From UHGV virus genome UHGV-0117503: DNA of 10,777 nucleotides. One strand, 5' to 3'. Numbering within the stretch: the stretch's first letter is position 1; every line of letters starts with the position of its first letter. The translations under genes were made by a program, and so were the position numbers. Below the pieces are notes generated by a model. It was not told the origin of the DNA, made no database searches, and saw nothing but the letters and a program-made list of their open reading frames with translations. This stretch comes from a virus. Below, in pieces: positions 7,200 through 10,777 of this stretch.

Positions 7200-8413
7200 T
7201 TTCCCGACGCGGGAAGTAGGCTGTAACAGGTCTGTGGTGTGCAGAGGAACTCCTTCACGCTCTGCAAATCTGATAGCCTGCTGCGCTTCTGGCGCAATAG
7301 CACCACGAACGCCACGATACGTCCGGCAGCGTTAATAGCACCGCCAGCCAACACACCAACGCCTAAATCGGTGGCGAGTGCTTCCGCATCATCTTTCGCA
7401 CTATTTGCAGCAAGTGATCCAACTGCGTTTTCAGCGAGAAGGCGAGTTGCCCCCTGAGCAATTCGACCAGCAAGTGTTGGTGCCTGTGTTGCCGCTCTCT
7501 CAACGCCAGCAGGAGTGAGGTAAGGCAACGCTTCAGCAAATACCCTTCCCTCTGTCGTTTGTGGAGTCAGCGCGCCTTGCTGAAGGCCAAAGTCCTGCTC
7601 TAATCCCTGCGTTGTTACTCGTGGCGCTGGTTGATATGTACCATCGCCAATGCCGAGTTTACCGCCAGCCCAAGCCGCCGCGCTTGTTACAGCATCAGTG
7701 AGTTCAGCAGGTATGTTCGCTACGTTGATTCCTGCCTGTAGTAAGCCGCGCCCGGTTTCAGCAAGTCCATTACCAAGGTCAGACATTATTCCGCCTTGTT
7801 GCTGAACAGGTTTCGGTGCGACAGAACTTACGGGTTGAGGTGGCTGCTGACTGGCTGCCTGCTGCTCAATCTGAGCAAATGGATTATTTGGGTCTGACTG
7901 CACACCTGATGCCGATACTTGTTCGGATGACTGTACTTCCAGTTGTGCAAACGGGTTGTTAGGGTCTTGCTGAGGATGTACCTTTGCAGAGGTGGCGCGC
8001 TGTTCGACTGTTGAGTCTGTCACCGGGTCACCCGCCCATTGAGCAAAGCGATCATCAACGTAACCGCGGCCTTCAGGTCCTGGCGTATATTCACCACGCT
8101 TTGCCTTCATAACGTTGCCGGGACCGTCGTGATAAGCCTGAAGAGCGTCACGCCAGTTACCAAACTGCTGGTACATCTTTGCCAGATAGCGCGCGCCAGC
8201 GTCAGCCTGATATTCGGGGTTTTGCATTTGCTCATCGGTATAACCCATATCACGCCATGTCCCAGGCATGACCTGAGTCAATCCTACAGCCCCGGCGGAG
8301 CTTACTGCGGCAGGGTTGTAAGAAGACTCCTTGGCACCCAGTGCAGTCATCAACCCTTCTGGCACACCGTAACGTGCGCCAGCCTGCTCTAACAAATCAC
8401 GGTAATTAGCCAT
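7148..8413 (-). CDS. Virion ejection/internal protein with an N-terminal lytic transglycosylase (SLT) domain; the last ~55 codons of this frame are probably out of frame
   Basis: N-terminal GAKESSYNPAAVSSAGAVGLTQVMPGTW...YLAKMY is a classic SLT catalytic-region signature. A Q/P-rich linker carries a duplicated DPNNPFAQ motif. The C-terminal stretch of this frame (RIVAFVVLLRQKRSRLSDLQSVKEFLCTPQTCYSLLPASGKWRRPQQ...) looks like non-coding translation. Confidence 0.75.
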   Translation of the reverse strand: MANYRDLLEQAGARYGVPEGLMTALGAKESSYNPAAVSSAGAVGLTQVMPGTWRDMGYTDEQMQNPEYQADAGARYLAKMYQQFGNWRDALQAYHDGPGNVMKAKRGEYTPGPEGRGYVDDRFAQWAGDPVTDSTVEQRATSAKVHPQQDPNNPFAQLEVQSSEQVSASGVQSDPNNPFAQIEQQAASQQPPQPVSSVAPKPVQQQGGIMSDLGNGLAETGRGLLQAGINVANIPAELTDAVTSAAAWAGGKLGIGDGTYQPAPRVTTQGLEQDFGLQQGALTPQTTEGRVFAEALPYLTPAGVERAATQAPTLAGRIAQGATRLLAENAVGSLAANSAKDDAEALATDLGVGVLAGGAINAAGRIVAFVVLLRQKRSRLSDLQSVKEFLCTPQTCYSLLPASGKWRRPQQKISPWLAQAE

Positions 8414-9211
8414 TTACTGCCCCAAAGATGGAAGATATCCGTAGCGATTAATGAAGTCGATTGACAGCTCGGGGTGCTGCTTCAGGTAATCTATAGAAGC
8501 CTGAGGCGCTTCCACTCGCTTGATACCGTTTTGCTGAACGTACTTACCAACCGCCTCATTACGCTTCTGGTTGAGCGTGTTCAGGATGACGCCAGCGTTG
8601 CGACGAAAGGACTCCTCGCTCTGCGAGTTCTGCAGCGAACCAACAGCCTGGTCGAGCTTTTTGCCCTCGGCATCAGAAAGTGCGCCCATGCCTCGCATGG
8701 CCTGAACCGCTGTCAGGTATGCTTGTGATTTAAAGGTATCAAGTCGTGCCTGAGTGTCTGCAGCCTGTGAGCCTGGAACGTTGGGGATTACTCCACGTAA
8801 GCCTGTAATGCTCTTAAGTGAAGGAGAACTAACGATATCGTTCAGAGTGAACATGCTGGTTGTGAGGGTGTTGATGCCGTCTTTGTAGCCATCATTTAGC
8901 GCTTGCTGCTTCTGCTGCAACTGCTGGTTGTTGGCTGCTATGCGGCTCTGTATTTCCTGGCGCTTCAGGTCGTTAGTTTCTGCTGATAGCATCCGGTCAA
9001 GGCGCTTATTTTCGTTGTTAATGCGGTTTGTTTCTGCGTCCAGATTAATGCGCTGCTGACCTAAATTCGCCTGGATATCTTGCCCGCGCATTGTGATTGC
9101 CTGATTCCGAGCGGCGGTTTGCGAATCCAGATCCTGACCGCGCATGGTAACCTGGCGACCCTGCATTTTATCCTGTAGGTCAAAGTATTTTTCGGGTCCG
9201 AGACTGTTCAT
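8414..9211 (-). CDS. Virion ejection/internal protein (265 aa) with a Q-rich coiled-coil-like region
   Basis: Its start ATG overlaps the stop of the upstream gene (ATGA at 9208-9211), and its stop TAA (8416..8414) directly abuts the ATG of the SLT protein. The content RIAANNQQLQQKQQALNDGYKDG is typical of phage internal proteins. It sits between the gene-7 and gene-16 positions of P22. Confidence 0.7.
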   Translation of the reverse strand: MNSLGPEKYFDLQDKMQGRQVTMRGQDLDSQTAARNQAITMRGQDIQANLGQQRINLDAETNRINNENKRLDRMLSAETNDLKRQEIQSRIAANNQQLQQKQQALNDGYKDGINTLTTSMFTLNDIVSSPSLKSITGLRGVIPNVPGSQAADTQARLDTFKSQAYLTAVQAMRGMGALSDAEGKKLDQAVGSLQNSQSEESFRRNAGVILNTLNQKRNEAVGKYVQQNGIKRVEAPQASIDYLKQHPELSIDFINRYGYLPSLGQ

Positions 9212-9732
9212 CCCAGGTGATCGAACTGCCGCGGGTTCTGTTGGTACATCTGAGCGACGTCCTGAGGATTAACGCCAACACGAGCTAACTCACCGGCGTT
9301 GTTTTGCAGCCATGATTGCATTGCTTCTGGAGACGATGACGCAAGGCGTGCGCCAGCCGCTAAGGTGCCGATAGAATTACGCTGATCTTCATCAATGAAT
9401 CCCATGCCTTTACGAACGGATTCAATCTGGTCTGGATATTGAGTAGCCAACTGACGCAAAGCACTGCGATCACCAGACGCATAAGCATTAGCGTACGCCT
9501 GCTGAAATTCTTTCTGCCGCTGAGCCTGCTTTTCCTGCTGAAACACCCCTGCAATACCTGAAAGGCCTTGCAAAGCAGTCAGCCCAACATTGTTAGCGCC
9601 TGAACGCTCAATATCATTGTTCTGCCTGATAAGCTGAAGCGTATTGCCGATGTCATTTACGCTCGGAGCGTTTGAGTTGACGCCGCCGATACCAGCCAAC
9701 AATCCGCCGTTTGTTCCTTGCCAAGTAGCCAT
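9208..9732 (-). CDS. Virion ejection/internal protein (174 aa)
   Basis: ATG at 9732..9730 has AAGGGG upstream. The product is G/A/Q/N-rich, and the gene is tightly coupled to its neighbours on both sides. Confidence 0.7.
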   Translation of the reverse strand: MATWQGTNGGLLAGIGGVNSNAPSVNDIGNTLQLIRQNNDIERSGANNVGLTALQGLSGIAGVFQQEKQAQRQKEFQQAYANAYASGDRSALRQLATQYPDQIESVRKGMGFIDEDQRNSIGTLAAGARLASSSPEAMQSWLQNNAGELARVGVNPQDVAQMYQQNPRQFDHLG

Positions 9733-9741
9733 GATTACCCC

Positions 9742-10434
9742 TTAAAACAACGAGCCAAGCAATCCGATACCAGCACCAATGCCAGCGCCCCAAGGCGTTG
9801 ATGTTCCCAAAAGGCTGGCAAGACCTGCACCGGCAATCGCACCAGACGTGCCACCGCTAATTGCTGTCTGAAGACTTGATGGTTTATTGGCATTAGCAGC
9901 GGAAAGAGCTGCGCTTTGCTGTGCAATGCTGCTCATGTTGTTGGCGTACGTCTGCCCGGCGTTTGCCTGACCTTGCAGCGCACCAAGCCCAACGTTTGCC
10001 AGATTGTTGTAATTGCTCATCTGATTTGATAACCAAGACTGACCGAGTGTCGGCGCGATCGTAGCCAGTTGATTGCTTGTGGCTGTCGAACCAAGTCCAC
10101 CCGTCGCCTCCGCAGCAGCAAGACTCTGGTAACGCGCCTGCCCTGCAAGGTCTTTATACTGCTGAGAGTTGTAATACTGATTAAGTGCCTGCCCCTGACC
10201 TTCTAAACTGGAAAGGTTCTGAAGCTGGTTAACATACTGCTCCGCAAGCGGCGTGAACGGAGCAAGGTTTTTCATGATCGTCTGCCACTGCTGATTTTGC
10301 AGGTCTGCGGCATACTTCTGAGCTTCTGCTGCATACTTTGCGCTTTTATCAGAGCTACCACCTTTCCCGCCTTTTTCAGGGCACCAAGGTTCCTCGCCGC
10401 GCAGTTTTCTGCCCAGCTTAAATGCATATAACAT
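9742..10434 (-). CDS. gp7-like ejection protein (P22 gene 7 family)
   Basis: The 230-aa ORF begins MLYAFKLGRKLRGEEP..., which matches the start of P22 gp7 (229 aa) as I remember it. It has GGGAGA upstream of its ATG and a G/A-rich hydrophobic C-terminus ...GAGIGAGIGLLGSLF. Confidence 0.75.
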   Translation of the reverse strand: MLYAFKLGRKLRGEEPWCPEKGGKGGSSDKSAKYAAEAQKYAADLQNQQWQTIMKNLAPFTPLAEQYVNQLQNLSSLEGQGQALNQYYNSQQYKDLAGQARYQSLAAAEATGGLGSTATSNQLATIAPTLGQSWLSNQMSNYNNLANVGLGALQGQANAGQTYANNMSSIAQQSAALSAANANKPSSLQTAISGGTSGAIAGAGLASLLGTSTPWGAGIGAGIGLLGSLF

Positions 10435-10436
10435 GG

Positions 10437-10777
10437 CTATCTCCCGTGATTCAGGAAGTCGATTAGTTCTTCGCGTGTGGCGCTATAAAAAGTCACGTCA
10501 TCCACGCCTTTAAAGTATTTCTTGATGGTTCCGACACGCTTAAGGCCAATCATTGCGCAGTACATCTGACCGTGGCGGAATTTGCGCGCAGCGAACGATG
10601 TGACGCACTGAACGGTGGTGTTAGTAAGAATGTATCGCCAGAACGCCAGCCCGATTTCCTTGCTGAATCCACGAACCTCTGGCAGGTACATGGCGTGGCA
10701 ATCAAAGGTCAAAGGCTGAATCTCCTGATAGTAAACAATGCCGCCGAACTGCCCGTGCACGTTCACCTCGAAGTAAC
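10437..10777 (-). CDS. Virion protein at the position of P22 gene 14, 5'-partial (runs off the window end)
   Basis: The frame is open to the last base of the window (...YFEVNVHGQFGG...). The first in-window start is a GTG, so the real start is probably outside. It stops at TAG 10439..10437, 2 nt before the gp7-like ATG. The gp14 assignment is by position only. Confidence 0.55.
   Translation of the reverse strand, partial: YFEVNVHGQFGGIVYYQEIQPLTFDCHAMYLPEVRGFSKEIGLAFWRYILTNTTVQCVTSFAARKFRHGQMYCAMIGLKRVGTIKKYFKGVDDVTFYSATREELIDFLNHGR

Noticed and set aside
7239-8728. Plus-strand ORFs of 72, 117 and 84 aa opposite the ejection-protein genes
   Set aside because: Antisense to long minus-strand ORFs with clear domain signatures; no start context or conservation evidence.
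9360-9926. Two minus-strand ORFs (64 and 63 aa) in alternative frames of the 174-aa and gp7-like genes
   Set aside because: Overlap better-supported genes in other frames; considered chance ORFs.
1-10777. Integrase, attachment site, tRNA gene or CRISPR array
   Set aside because: I found no tRNA-like T-arm or acceptor motifs, no repeat-spacer periodicity and no integrase-like ORF. The expected attP/int side of the gtr cassette is replaced by the Nif3 fragment, so none is annotated.

Overview
Most of this window is the late-region end of a P22/Sf6-like enterobacterial prophage, and it looks decayed and mosaic rather than like one coherent novel system. On the minus strand it carries a run of virion ejection/internal-protein genes (a gene-14-position ORF, a gp7-like gene, two coupled genes, and a lytic-transglycosylase protein that appears split by a frameshift) and a tailspike with the conserved P22/Sf6 head-binding N-terminus. 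On the plus strand it carries an Mnt-like repressor, an HNH-AP2 endonuclease where P22 has arc/ant, and an O-antigen glucosylation cassette (gtrA remnant, gtrB, AT-rich gtrC-type gene). The most anomalous point is the left edge: the first ~260 nt are about 65% G+C and encode part of a Nif3-family protein that runs in-frame into the gtrA body. No integrase, att site, tRNA, rRNA or CRISPR array is visible. All identifications rest on reading the translations and on remembered family sequences; no database search was run.
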